A stretch of DNA of 62,693 bases, filler included, from Basidiobolus ranarum (GCA_040143965.1; 36 parts of 36 records of this genome joined end to end with filler, not necessarily neighbours in it); one strand, 5' to 3'; shown: positions 47,874 to 60,734, numbered from the whole stretch's first letter. The notes: generated by a model not told the origin, from the letters alone. Numbers and translations are program-made.

Positions 47874-48441
47874 ATGAACACCGTCGCGGTAAACTCTCTG
47901 CTTCATCAGGACTCAGTAAGTACCGTATCGCATTCAAGGGAGCCTTCTAATTACTAATACATTGATTACTCTTTAGCATACTCTGAGGTACGCATTCTTG
48001 GAAGGTTTCCTGACAACTATTAGTGGATCGATCGAGATGGTGGAACCAAAAGACGCTGATAACGAAGAGGAAAAGGAACAGCCTAATCCAAAAAGACAAA
48101 AAACCGATAATGATGACAAAGTAAAGAACAAGTCCAAGGCGAAGATGATGGTAACGATCAAGAAGAAGGCGGTGAAGGCGAGGGAGAGGGAGAGGATGCT
48201 AATGGAGATGAAGAAGATGGTGAGGAAGGTGAAGAACAAGCTGGGGATAATGACGATGAGGAAGAGGGGGATGCTGGTGGTGAGGATGAAGAGGAGGTGG
48301 ATGATGAAGATGATGGAGAGTTTCAAGGAGAGGAGTAAGCGCCACTTCAGCATGATTCATGTTAACCATCATTAACTAATATTTTATTATAGAGAAGGAG
48401 AGGAGGATGGTGAAGAAGCCGAAGAAGGAGAGGAAGATTAA
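47874..48441 (+). CDS. Small hyperacidic protein with NLS-like PKRQKT; spliced, one apparent frameshift
   Basis: TATAAA at about 47763. Predicted introns 47916-47976, 47988-48023, 48335-48392. The D/E/G-rich frame from 48123 needs one extra base near 48121 to join the upstream frame. Confidence 0.65.
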
Positions 48442-48884
48442 AAGCTGCAATAGATCAGGGTTGATTATAGACTTCCTCCTTCAATGTGAAGATAGTTTCC
48501 GCATTTTTCTTCTAGTCTTTGCCTAATGTTTCATGGTATTTCTCAGCCTTCGGCCTTTTCATGTTTATTTTTCCATTTGTTCTTGTATTATTTCTAAGCC
48601 ACTGATCTAATAAACAATAATCCCAATTTTGTTTTGAGCATTGCATAGGATCTGGATGATTGTAAAAGAGCGATATAACTCCCTGATCACAGTTGTAAAA
48701 GAAACTGCATTATCTTTCATCACTGGCATATTGCATCCAACTAGCCCATTTTGAAGTAATCAGCGGTGTTTAAGATGGAGTTTGNNNNNNNNNNNNNNNN
48801 NNNNNNNNNNNNNNNNNNNNNNNNNNNNTTAATTAATTAANNNNNNNNNNNNNNNNNNNNNNNNNNNNNNNNNNNNNNNNNNNN

Positions 48885-49475
48885 CTCAAAATCCCCAATT
48901 TCATGCTAGAAGTAAGCACATTGACATTCAACATCACTTTGATAGGGAAGCTATTGAGAATAAGCACATCCAATCAGAGTTCTGTCCAACTGGCAACATG
49001 ATTGCTGACATCCTTACCAGACCATTACCCAAGCCAGAATTTGAAGATTTAAGATGTTAGTTAGGATATTGATATATGAATATTTATTTGAGTGGGAGTG
49101 TTGAAGTTTATTGTCTTTGTCATATTTGTTATCTCTATCTTTATACACCTAACCACTTCTTATATCACATATAAGTTAGTAACGTACTTAGTCAAATGTC
49201 ACTTAACTGAAAATTGGAACATAAATTACATATATATGTGAATAATGTGAGAATTAGCAATTCCATATTTGAAATTGCAAACTTGTCCCAATTACACCAA
49301 AGATAGCTCATTTTACTCCCACAGATGTTCTGAACGCAACCCTAGTGTTAGTTTTCTGTATTTCCACTAATATGTATAAATGCTCTATTTCTGGACAAGA
49401 AATAGTTATCTCACAAAGCTATTCACAAACTCCACTTTTCTAAAGTTCCTCCAAACAGCCTATATTTTCCCAATA
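48885..49475 (+). mobile_element. Copia family A RNase H end, polypurine tract and full 3' LTR (49099-49475)
   Basis: FHARSKHIDIQHH, MIADILT; GAGTGGGAG TGTTG...CAATA. Confidence 0.92.
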
Positions 49476-50335
49476 AAGACCACTAGTTTTCCTCAAGGTG
49501 CTTTTGTCAATACTTTGGATTTAATCCACCAATTCGAGCTTGATCCAAAGGATGAAGTTCCATTGAAGATAATCAAAAGATCCACTGGAGGATCTTATGT
49601 ACTTCAAAACAACACAGAAGCCCTGCTGCCAAAGAGTTTTCCACCATCTTCCCAGAAACTTATTTCACAATATCAAACATCTACAGAATCATATTAAGCA
49701 GAAGCAATAGTTGGCCATGATGGTGAAGAACCCAACTGCCTTTACTTGGTGAAGTGGAAAGGCTATGATGCCAAATATGATACCTGGGGGCCCTACAGCC
49801 AATTTGATGATATCTCTATCATTGACCAATATTAGAAATATAGAGGATCATCTACTAAGAATAGTCCTTATCAAGGGAGGGAATGATGTTATGCACCAAC
49901 ATAAAAAGTTGTTTAAACTTAAGCCATATCTGTACAACTTGCATGAATATCTCTTTAGTTTATCATCATTGCCAACTAGTCACCTCACCATATCCTGTGA
50001 CCCTGTCATGTGACTTATCACATGACTAACTATCTGGTCTCTTATCACTTCTATCAGATCATTTTCCCAATCACATGAGCATTATCCAATTGGTATTAGC
50101 CTCCGAGTCATCTGCCTAGACACAAGTAAATATTAGTCACAAGATTCATAATCAATGATCTTTCACTGCCAAGACTTCAGCTGATGCATGACTTAGTTAT
50201 CTATCTATCTATCTATCCAACCACAGTTTCTTTTATCAGAATTAGTCATCTAATATCTTAGTGCTGACTAATTTGCTTTGCTATCAAAAAGTATAAGTAA
50301 AGCTAACTAAACCTTTGGTTTAGTGTGTGTCTCAA
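49476..50335 (+). mobile_element. Gypsy family 2 integrase end, chromodomain, purine tract and LTR family C (from 49887)
   Basis: EAIVGH...YLVKWKGYD...DTW; AAGGGAGGGAA then TGTTATG. Confidence 0.88.
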
Positions 50336-50524
50336 TGTAGTCTCTGGAGATGAAAAGGAACATTCTGTTTGTTCTTTATTGGAAGATTACAAGAAAAGAG
50401 ACAGAAGGCCTTTAATTGTTGAAATTAGCATTGCCTAAACACCTATATAGTCATATATAGCTTAGTACTTAGTTATCTTATAATTCACTAAGATATTATC
50501 AATTATTCTCAATCGGAATTTACT
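50336..50524 (+). mobile_element. Copia A gag fragment interrupted by a Copia B LTR (from 50417)
   Basis: VVSGDEKE...YKKRD, then TGTTGAAATTAGC. Confidence 0.82.
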
Positions 50525-50624
50525 NNNNNNNNNNNNNNNNNNNNNNNNNNNNNNNNNNNNNNNNNNNNTTAATTAATTAANNNNNNNNNNNNNNNNNNNN
50601 NNNNNNNNNNNNNNNNNNNNNNNN

Positions 50625-50765
50625 CTGTTCAAAGACTTGGGCATTATTCAAAGTTCACCCACCATAATTTTCAAGGATAATCAAAGTTGTATTTCTTTAG
50701 CTAAAAATCCCAAATTTCATGCTAGAAGTAAGCACATTGATATTCAACATCACTTTGTTAGGGAA
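50625..50765 (+). pseudogene. Copia RNase H fragment
   Basis: DNQSCISLAKNPKFHARSKHIDIQHHFVRE. Confidence 0.9.
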
Positions 50766-52028
50766 TTTTATACACTTTGGTATAACCACTTTGCATCTTA
50801 TTGGCATGTAAATATTTTGTCATGGTGTCAGAAATGTTTTATTCAATAGAGCTGTTTTGATTTATACACTTGTTATTATATTTTGGGGATACTAAACATT
50901 ACTGCTTCAACTCCAAGTTCTGAAGAAGTCATTTTTTACACAACCATTGTGTATGTTATAAACATGCCATGGGAAAATGTCACTTCAGGAGTTACCTCTA
51001 ACAAATTGAATGAGGAAAAGCATCATCTTCTTTACACAAATGTATTCAAGCTAAATAGCAATATAGAGAAATTTGACAAATCAACCATCTGATACTTTAG
51101 TAGGCTCCTATACAATATTTGTTGATTGTAAGAGACCCAAACAAGCAATCAATATGTAAATAAACATGTAACAACAGTAAACACAATCCTAATGTTAAGA
51201 TTTTCAATATTTTATAGCATGCAATTTAGTAATATAACCCACTCTATATAATATTAGTACAAAATTAAAGTCAAGCTCAGTACTGATTCACCCACTATAA
51301 TTAATGTTAATATGTAAAATTTCACAATAAGTAGTGGAATTGCCTTCATAACATAAGGACAATTGTTTGATCATTGTATAGGCAATATAGCAAATGTCAA
51401 GTTAATACAATGAGTAAATGCTGAAATATTGGGACTTCAGAAGCATATGCAAAAAAAGAGAATCATTTATGAGCCCTAGTGTATTACAGGTCAAGGTGCC
51501 ATCCAATAAGGTAAGTATGTAGGGTATAGGATGACTGACCAAGCACAAAGTACCACATAATGGAATGGCAGTTTGAGGAATTTTCAAAATGTTTACAAGC
51601 CATTTGTTAACCAAGTCACTTTGTACTACTTCACTTGTAGAATTCCTGCTCACTCAGAAGTTCCTCACCAACCTGATAAGCTTCCCAATCAGTTAGTAAG
51701 GTTTTCTAGAACCATGCATTGAAATTGAAATTCGGTTCAATGGTATGTGTATTGGTATGTGTATGTGTATAGGTATTTATCACTAGTGAATACAGGTGCT
51801 TTTAAAATAATCAATAGAACCACGGAATTGGATGGTGGTTCCATGGAGATGGAGTGTTAAAAAATACATAGTGTAATAAATGATATGCTATCTCTCAAAG
51901 CGTGTGAATTCGAATGTGAGATGCAACTGGGATCGATGATTGGATAAGATGTGGGTTGATTATGTGCACAAATACTAGATTGATAAAGTGATAGGCTTTA
52001 ATCCAAACGAATGATTGGCTATGACTGC

Positions 52029-52262
52029 CTATTCGCCACCCGCACCACCACCCCCATCGGCACCGGCACCAGCACCGGCATCGGCATGTGCATAATTCCT
52101 GGACTGGAATTTCTCTGTGCGATAGTTGGGTGGAATCTCCAGAGTGAGGGAATCTTTGGTGGGAGTAAGTGGCTCCGCCAAGCTCCAGCTATCAATGGAA
52201 GGCGCAGCAACATTAATGCTCGCCAGCATCGCTTGTTTAGCGCTTTCGCAAAGCCTTTCCAA
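52029..52262 (-). CDS. C-terminus of an unidentified host protein
   Basis: GC/CpG-rich frame open from the contig edge, ends AGAGAGADGGGGAGGE*, followed by an AT-rich 3' flank. Confidence 0.45.
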   Translation of the reverse strand: MERLCESAKQAMLASINVAAPSIDSWSLAEPLTPTKDSLTLEIPPNYRTEKFQSRNYAHADAGAGAGADGGGGAGGE

Positions 52263-52399
52263 AGNNNNNNNNNNNNNNNNNNNNNNNNNNNNNNNNNNNN
52301 NNNNNNNNTTAATTAATTAANNNNNNNNNNNNNNNNNNNNNNNNNNNNNNNNNNNNNNNNNNNNACTACATTACATCGATAACTTTTATTTCTGATACA

Positions 52400-53832
52400 T
52401 TTTTAATCAGATTAGCATATAGTAATACTGACAATTTCACATGGAGCATCATTTCACCACTGGTGTGCTCCATTGGGAACTCCCAGAATGTATAGCAAGG
52501 GCCTCTAATCCCTAAGCATTGTGAAAGATGCAGCAGGGAATGTATTGAATACTGGCATAGATTTGGTCTATCTTCATTAAACCTGTAATAAAGTTTTTCA
52601 TATCCAATTGCAAAATCTTTGCACAGTCACAGTATTTGCCTGAGATCTGCCAATGTGAGTTTATGCCATAAGAATATATTAACAATATCCACAAACAACT
52701 TCCCATGTTGCCAATACTTATCAGGCAGAAATCTTTACAAGATTCCAATTGAATATATTCAAATGCAATACTTCCAGTCTTTGCATTTGAATAAATATAT
52801 AGATGAGTGGATATTCATGGGAGTCCTGGTAAAATATGATGGTATATTGATGTTTTCAAGCATTTTCCCAATTGATTCAAACTTTGATCCTATCTTGAAT
52901 GGCTCATTCATATTGAATTTTCCACTATATAGCTGGGTAAGTTGTGTTCAAATGGTGTTGAATAGTAAGTGTGTAGTGCCTAATGGGAAACTCTGGCTCC
53001 AGCTGATCCTCTTCAACAATATAATCTTAGGTTTACAGCTTATGCCAAGTTTGATGTTAGACTGACTGTTTGATGAATTGATATCAGTGATCATGTTCAA
53101 ATCTGACCAAGCTCTTGATAGTAATATCATGGAGTCTGATGTTGTATTTGGATAGTAGTAATGCATATGCCTGATAGAGTAGACTCATTGAATTGACAAA
53201 ATCTACAGCAAGATAGTGCATTGTGCCCACAAAAACCTCCAAGTTTACTGATGGCAGGAGTGTTGCTAATACATACAATGATATTAGCTTTAACAAAATA
53301 TTCACCTATCTGAACCCCATCAGATAGGCATTCAAATTCTGCCATCAAAGGCTCCAAGAAGCTATCTAAAAGCACTGGTGATTTAGGTCCAGATATGATG
53401 GATAGTATTGAAATATTATGACTCTTATATCATTCGGAAGGAGGAAGATTTAAGTTGATTAAAATTATTGACCAGTAAGCCTTTCCAACAGTATATTTGT
53501 TTAGTTGGAAACCATCCAGAGCCAATGCAAATACATGATCATATGTGTTCTGCAAGAATCCTTGACTTTTCAGATTCTGGTAGTGATATCCATCAAGTAT
53601 ATTGTTAATACCATCAGCTTTGTGGTGAGTACTTTGGTATGGGATTAATGATCTATATTTGGGTGATGTCATCAAGACTTTCAGATGGGGAATCAATGAT
53701 ATGTAAGCCAAATATGAACAATATTCACCTGATTCAGTGATTGCAAATTGTGCACAGACAGTACATGACTTCAGGTTTTTCAGATCACTGGTAAAAGCCA
53801 AACAACCATTTGGACATAAAGGTAGTTTAATT
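52400..53832 (-). mobile_element. CACTA/EnSpm-like Tnp2 transposase core, decayed
   Basis: LALDGF...W...INLNLPPSE...ISGPKSP..LDSFLEPL..E, (D)TPAISKLGGF.GHN...CRFC, H...H....GP....WEFPME: the Transposase_21/Tnp2 pattern. Confidence 0.88.
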
Positions 53833-54004
53833 TATTGGGAAAATATGAGCTGTTTGGAGGAACTTTAGAAAAGTGGAGTTATGAATAGCTTTGTGAGATA
53901 ATTGTTTATTGTTCAGAAATAAAGCATTTATACTTTTTGGTGGAAATACAGAAAACTAACACTGGGGTTGTGTTCAGAACATCTGTGGGAGTAAAATGAG
54001 CTAT
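53833..54004 (-). repeat. Copia family A LTR 3' end inserted in the transposase
   Basis: TATTGGGAAAATAT is the reverse of the family A LTR end. Confidence 0.85.
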
Positions 54005-54104
54005 NNNNNNNNNNNNNNNNNNNNNNNNNNNNNNNNNNNNNNNNNNNNTTAATTAATTAANNNNNNNNNNNNNNNNNNNNNNNNNNNNNNNNNNNNNNNN
54101 NNNN

Positions 54105-54335
54105 CTGTGGGAGTACAATAGGCTATCTTTGGGGCAAATTGGACAAGTTTAAAACTTCCCATATGGAATTGCTAATTCTCACATTATTCACATATATATT
54201 ATATAATAAATGTTCCAATTTTCAGCAAAGTGATGTTTGACTAAGAAATATTACCCAACTTATATGTGATATATGAAATAGTTAGATGTATAAAGATAGA
54301 GATAACAAATATGATAAAGACAATAAACTTAAACA
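54105..54335 (-). repeat. Copia family A LTR 5' portion
   Basis: Matches 14100-14327. Confidence 0.85.
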
Positions 54336-54611
54336 AGGCAAAGGTACCTTCCACCTTTGGATAATTGCTCTAAGTGCATCCTTGTCAAGACACTACTGGT
54401 GGAGTTTACAGTTGTGTTTGATCAAAGAAGCTTTAGTACTTGATCAAGATCAAAGGACATTAATACCAGCATATACTTTTGTCAAGGCATCAGTCATTTC
54501 TTCAACAGAAAGTTGGACATTCCATTGTGATTATCACTCCTAGAGAAACTTGTGGTTATAAAACTTCCCCCTCCCAACAGAGTAAGTATTATGTCTATAC
54601 CAGCACCCATA

Positions 54612-55743
54612 ATGGGAGATATCTTGCAAGCTCTTACCCAGCTTCAGTAAGAAAATCAAGAACTTTGTGCTTCTCTTGCTCCAGTAGAGAATCCAGCTCC
54701 ACCCAACTATCCTGCTAATCCAACTCCTGAACCCAAGATCTCCTTATCAAATAAGTTTGATGGCACTTGCCAAAACTATTGTGGATTTATCAACCAAGTA
54801 AAGCTCATCATCCAGTTACATCCCCATTGCTACCCCTCTGACTAAACAAAAGTAGGCTTAGGGGGAACACTATCATCAGGAACAGCTCTATCTAGGTATG
54901 CTCCTTTGACGCAAAGTCAATCTGAACTTATTTCAAACTTCCTTGCCTCTCTTACTGAATTGGAAGCCACATTTGGAAGTGCAGATAAGGAAAGAACTTC
55001 AGCCACCAAGCTCCATGCACTTAAACAAGGGTCAAACCCAGCATCAACTTATGCTGCAGAAATCTGCCTTCTTGCCTGTGATCTCAATTGGGGAGAATCT
55101 GCCCTGATCAACCAATTCCAATATGGACTCCAAGAAAGCATTAAGGATCTTTTACTAACCATGGCTGACCCAGTAACCTTGACTGATGCTATCCATCAGG
55201 TAGTAAAATGTGACAACTGGTTGTTTCAAAGACAACAACACAGAAATATGGCTCCTTTCTCCTCTCCTTCCTCATCTACTATCAGACCTCCCTTCCATCA
55301 AACACAACATACAGCTCTAGCAGATAACACAATGCAAATTGAAGGAACTTGCTTCAAAAGCTTAGCCCTGAGTAGAAATATCAAGGCCAACAAGAGAATC
55401 TATGCCTCTATTGTGGAGCTCCTGGACATGTAGCAAAAACCTATCCAAAAAGAAATCCTGGATTTAAGATCAACAATACCCAAGTATGAGAACTCTTCCC
55501 AGCCAGTGGAAAACTTCGATGCCCAGCTGCAATAATGGGTATGCAGTTGGGCCAATCATCTTCAAAAATGTTTCTTCACCATACATTGCAATCTCTGGAG
55601 TCTTCTCAATCATTAAAGCTGTGCATTACACTCCTACTACCAAATTCCAAGACAATACAAACAACTGCACTTCTTGATTCAGGTGCTTCCTCCTGATTTA
55701 TTGACTCTGCCTTTGTAAAATCCCACTCTATCCCAACAATCAA
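54612..55743 (+). pseudogene. Ty3/Gypsy family 1 gag and protease
   Basis: PEPKI..KFDG, LKQG...S.YA.E, F.YGL...IKD.L, LCLYCG..GH, ALLDSGAS; overlaps the reverse complement of 1435-1650. Confidence 0.93.
55508..55552 (+). promoter_or_regulatory. Candidate -1 ribosomal frameshift signal
   Basis: G GAA AAC, 6-nt spacer, 11-bp stem GCCCAGCTGCA/TGCAGTTGGGC; the -1 frame runs into the protease DSG motif. Confidence 0.6.
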
Positions 55744-55843
55744 NNNNNNNNNNNNNNNNNNNNNNNNNNNNNNNNNNNNNNNNNNNNTTAATTAATTAAN
55801 NNNNNNNNNNNNNNNNNNNNNNNNNNNNNNNNNNNNNNNNNNN

Positions 55844-57018
55844 TCAGAATTCTGTCAAGAAACCGCCATCACACCATCAAAATTGCTGGCTGAATGTAAG
55901 CCACCAATTTTGTGCCAGTTCTCTGATGGTTTTGCAACTTATAAGGGTGGATCTGATCTGGATCAAATTGATTTTATTTTTGTAAGGGGATGTGTTATTG
56001 CTTGAATAGATAAACCTATGTTAAAATGTTAATACTGTATATCTTGATCTATCTTGCCAAGAAGTCTGTCTGGCAGCATTCCTATAAATACCATCAGAAT
56101 ATAACACAAACAAAATAGTCCAAATTATAAAGATACTTATACTAAATCCATAAATAGGGTTTTGTTGCTGTTATTATGCTCAAACAATGCAAAAACCTGT
56201 GAGCATATTGAAAAAAGACCTTTGTTGGGAGATTCATAGAGTTTGAAGTCTCCTTAACCCATTGCTTCACATCTGTCACTGATTTTGCCAATGTATTGTT
56301 GATCAGATTAGCATATGGTAATACTGACAATTTTGCACAGAGCATAATTTCAACACAGGTGCACTCTATTGGAAACCAGAATGTTTAGCAAGGGCCTATT
56401 ATCTTGAAGCATTGTGAAATATGCAGCAGGGAATGTACTTAATAACAGCATCGATTCAGTCTATCTTCTCTAAACTGGTAATAAAGTTTTTCATATCTAA
56501 CTACAAAATCTTTGCATAGTTGCCATATCTGCCTGAGATCTGCCAATCTGAGTTGATGCCATAAAACTATATTGACAATATCCACAAACAACTCCCAATG
56601 TAGCCAATACTTACCAGGCAGAAATTTCTTCAAGATTTGACCTGAATGTGCACAAAACCAATGCTTCCAGTTTTGTATTTGAATAAATACCTGGATGAGT
56701 AGATATTGAAGGGAGTTCTGGTAAAACATGATGGTATCTTGACTTTCACAAGCATTTCCCAATCAGTTCAAATGTTAATCCTAACTCATATGGTGCATTC
56801 AGATTAAATTTTCCACTATACAGCTGAGTAAGTAGTATCAGAGTGTTCTTGAATAGTAAAAGCATAGTGCCTAATGGGAAACTCTGCCTCCAGTGGATCC
56901 TTTTCAGCAATGCAATCTTAGGCCTACACCTAATCCAAGCTTTCTGTTAGACTGACTATTGAATGAATTGCTGTTGGTGAGCATATTGAAATCTGACCAG
57001 GCTCTTGATGACAAAATC
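55844..57018. mobile_element. CACTA-like right terminus (plus, ends 55988) abutting a reversed transposase of the same family
   Basis: ATTTTTGTAAGGG, then reverse-strand transposase (WKHW, YWLHW, YANLINN). Confidence 0.8.
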
Positions 57019-57482
57019 TGTTATAGTGTTTGGGAGCCTGTTGGAGGTGGTTTGGGGAATTAGAGGAATTTGTGGTTTTCACTTGTTCATTTATTGAGTA
57101 AAAGGTGACATTTATAGTTTTGTCAAGATGCAAACCAACTAATGTGAAGTATGTGCTAAGGGAGGTCTCAGGAACATGTGTGCAAGGTTTGGAGCTTCTA
57201 GCACAAGTTTGAAAAATCTATATATCTGAGAACTTACAAGTTGGTAAATATATTCTAAGTGAGTTCCAATTGAGAATAATGGATAATATCTTACTGAACT
57301 ATAAGATAACTAAGTACTATGCTATATTTGACTATATAGGTGTTTATGCAATGCTAATTTCAACACTCTTCCTCAACTAAGTAGCCATATAAACTAATCC
57401 TAATAAAGGTTTAAATTTCTTAAATTTCTGTCTAGCTAATGGTTTGGTTAATATATCAGCAATCATGTCTTCTATAGAACAG
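57019..57482 (-). mobile_element. Copia family B RNase H end, purine tract and full 3' LTR (57019-57365)
   Basis: Reverse copy of 5995-6450. Confidence 0.9.
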
Positions 57483-57721
57483 NNNNNNNNNNNNNNNNNN
57501 NNNNNNNNNNNNNNNNNNNNNNNNNNTTAATTAATTAANNNNNNNNNNNNNNNNNNNNNNNNNNNNNNNNNNNNNNNNNNNNGCTGATGCAGTTTATTAT
57601 ATAATTTCCCTGCAATTACACATAATTGAAATAGTTAGGATATTAAATGCAAACAGAAATTTTATTATACAGAATGTAGGGATTTTTACCATGATAATTG
57701 AAATTCTTAGATAAATAACTC

Positions 57722-58647
57722 ATGCATGCCATATCAGTCACTATCATGTCAACTCAATACAAGATTAATATCATGCTCTCCATTGACTCTAAATGGTCAT
57801 TCCTCATTAATTCAAAAGCAACTACTGGCTTTCCTATCACCACCCTAGAAGCTATATTTGAGAAATACTGTGGCTCATATACTCCATTACCTACCAGAAA
57901 GCGGCTAGTCAATTTGTTTTGTTACTACAGAAACTATTGTCCAATCAGATTTTGGTGCACTATTAATGGTAGCAAAAGTGGGAGAAGCTTCCATACCAGG
58001 CTTAAGAATTCTCTAGCTTCAGTGATGAATGATGTTGAAGGTGCCTGGGACAAAAGATTTAGAGACTCTAGTTTCCTTCCGTTTCCTGGAGTATTTCCCA
58101 ATAGAGTTCATATCAGAAGTATTTCTAACACATTTCCTGTAAGAATTAACAGGCCTAAAAGCAATCAAAAGCCATTCTATTCTAGCAAGTACAAAGCCCA
58201 CTGTGTAAAGTTCCAGGCTTTGAAAGATTTGGAAGGAAACATCATTTGGTTTAGGGGGCAACATCCAGGGAGACACCCTCACAAAAGGCTTTGGGTTGAG
58301 AGGCATGCACCATTTGTAAGATATGAGAAGACTATGGCTGCTTTGGCATATGTTGGGGAAGAATGCAGAAGGCTATGATGTGTCACAGCTAACAAGAGGC
58401 CCACAGGAGGGATACTCACAGAGAGGCAAGTGCTTTATAATGACATTTTTTCCCATTTTAGAGCAAGAGTATAACATAGCTTTGGTTTTCTAAAGAGATA
58501 TAACATTGTAGCAAGAAAGTACAAAGGAAAATCACTTTGTGAGACTCAATCAAAGTTAGGCAAAGTCATCAAAATCTTGATTAATTCTCAATACATTCAT
58601 ACTCAAAGATGTCCATTGCGAGCTCTAGACTTACGACACTATGAATA
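57722..58647 (+). pseudogene. DDE_Tnp_4-type transposase (IS5/ISL2/PIF-Harbinger-like), inactivated
   Basis: (N)TFPVRINRP...FYS.K.K.H..KFQ...D.EG.I...PG; MA(A)LAYVG; KRP.GG.L...Q..YN......RARV*H.FG.LK. One frame with two in-frame stops. Confidence 0.85.
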
Positions 58648-59320
58648 ATGCTTTCATCATCTTTTGAATGTGCAATAATGTCTAAAAGTACTTTTCCTAA
58701 ATATACCACATATGTAAAATAAACTGTTTCCAAAATGGTAAATAACATTGTAATGGATAGTGCCCAAGCATGCTAATTTGTGCTGGCTCACTTTTTGGCT
58801 GGCATGATTGGGCTCAATAAAATGAAACAAGTCTTTTAATTTCACAATCAATTATTTGATGTTATAGCACCATCCTCTATTGTGTGAACTAACCTGAGCA
58901 AATCCAATATAGTAGGCTCTAAGTAAGAATGAAAATTGCTGAGATCTACAGTGTTACATAGTCTAACCCTAAATAATGTGACCTACCCAATGATGCATAT
59001 AGCAACTAATTACTACTTATCATATGCCAAATAACATAGATAAATCATATGTTATGTTAAATACCTTTGTGATTGGCCTGGTTACATGTGTAAGTAGCCA
59101 TCTATCAATATGCAATTAGGTGTGTATATATTTCCCTGAACATGGGATCAGCAAGTGTATGGTACTGCACCACTAAGGAACTTTGACATTTATAGGCTGG
59201 GGCATGATGTCAATCAATCTNNNNNNNNNNNNNNNNNNNNNNNNNNNNNNNNNNNNNNNNNNNNTTAATTAATTAANNNNNNNNNNNNNNNNNNNNNNNN
59301 NNNNNNNNNNNNNNNNNNNN

Positions 59321-60368
59321 CAAGCAAATGGCAATTGGGCTAGTATAGGCCTATTCATCAAACATCACAAAAATGTACGCAATTTTCAACTTGGAAAGAA
59401 AGAAAAGCAGCTAAAGAAGTACTGAAGGAGCAGAAGCTAGTAAACCCAAGGGAAAAGCAAAGAAGCCGGTGAGCTTAGGCTCTACTGTCCTACTTATCAA
59501 ATTGTTAACACAATTACACAGATCTGTATTTCCAGAGTAAGATATACTGGCAAAAGTGGTTAATTTCACCATGGAACCAGGTACAGCAGTTGGCAGAGTG
59601 CTAAATTTGGAAGTATATCCAACACCTGGCACCTCTCAACAACCAAAATCATCAGCAAATAAAATTCACGGCTGTCCAACATCAACTGGTACTTTTCAAA
59701 GTGTTAAAATTGGCCTCAAACTTAAAGGCAAGCAAGATGCAGCTCAAATACTGCAAAGCATCCTCAGTAGTGTCACAATACAAGGACATATAAAAGTAGT
59801 AAAGGTGCTTGAGAAGTATTTTCAAAATTATGAAGGGAAAAATGCAGTGCTAGTATGCAGAAAGTAGCTTCAGAAGAAGGATATTCACTTGACATTCTGT
59901 CTGGTGTTGACCAAGCATATATCAGGGAAGAATATAACACAAAGTGGCACAATATCACAGGGTATCTGCCTGATAGCTGGAAGAATGTTGATTCCGCAAT
60001 GTTAATAAAATGATGTGCTTTGCCAGCAATATTGATACAGACTTGTGTAGGATATGAGCTAGACCTTAGGTATCAAAAGCTCTATAAAAGTATTTAAGAG
60101 AATATATCAAAGAAACTAGGGATTTCAATGATGACTAATTAGCATTGATGTGGTAAACATGTAACATTTGAGTTATGTTTTTTGCATATGTGTTGATTCA
60201 TTGTGCAGCTATTTTGCAAGATCTCAAATTTCACTCCTGAAACTGAAAAAATTGATTAAAATCCAATTTAACTTGTCAATTTTATGACAGTAAGTAAACA
60301 GTCAATCCAAATTAGATTAAAATTGTGATGGTTTTCCTATGGTAACAATCCTCAAATTTCTGTTAGGT
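59321..60368 (+). mobile_element. CACTA-like ORF2 3' part and left terminus
   Basis: ORF2 similarity, then a non-coding end shared with 61058-61432 that stops at AATTTCTGTTAGG. Confidence 0.8.
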
Positions 60369-60734
60369 TATTATTAGAAAAGAACACATGTGGTAAATAG
60401 CTTAATGTTGATCATTACTTGAGTTAGTTTCCCACATGTTAATGCCTTCCAAAGTGGATGGTGGATTGATGGACTGCTCATCATTTAAGTCCTTTGTTTT
60501 TACTGTTTTTTTCCTTTCCTGCCGGCAGGTTTTTGCTCGGAAGCCAATATTGATTTAGATTGTCAAAGCTTTTTGATTGGCATTGAAATATTCAGGTGGT
60601 AATCTTGGTGTACTGAAATTGCTTAGAAACAGCTTGTAATAATCTGAATTACTATTTATTACCTGATATATCTTGCAAATCCCCTGTTGACTCATCTATA
60701 CTACTGTCTGTGAATCAGCTGATACTATTGATGG

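Noticed and set aside
47973-48375. Hydrophobic minus-strand ORF and Lys/Met-rich plus-strand ORF
   Set aside because: Alternative-frame products of the GAR/GAY-rich acidic gene.
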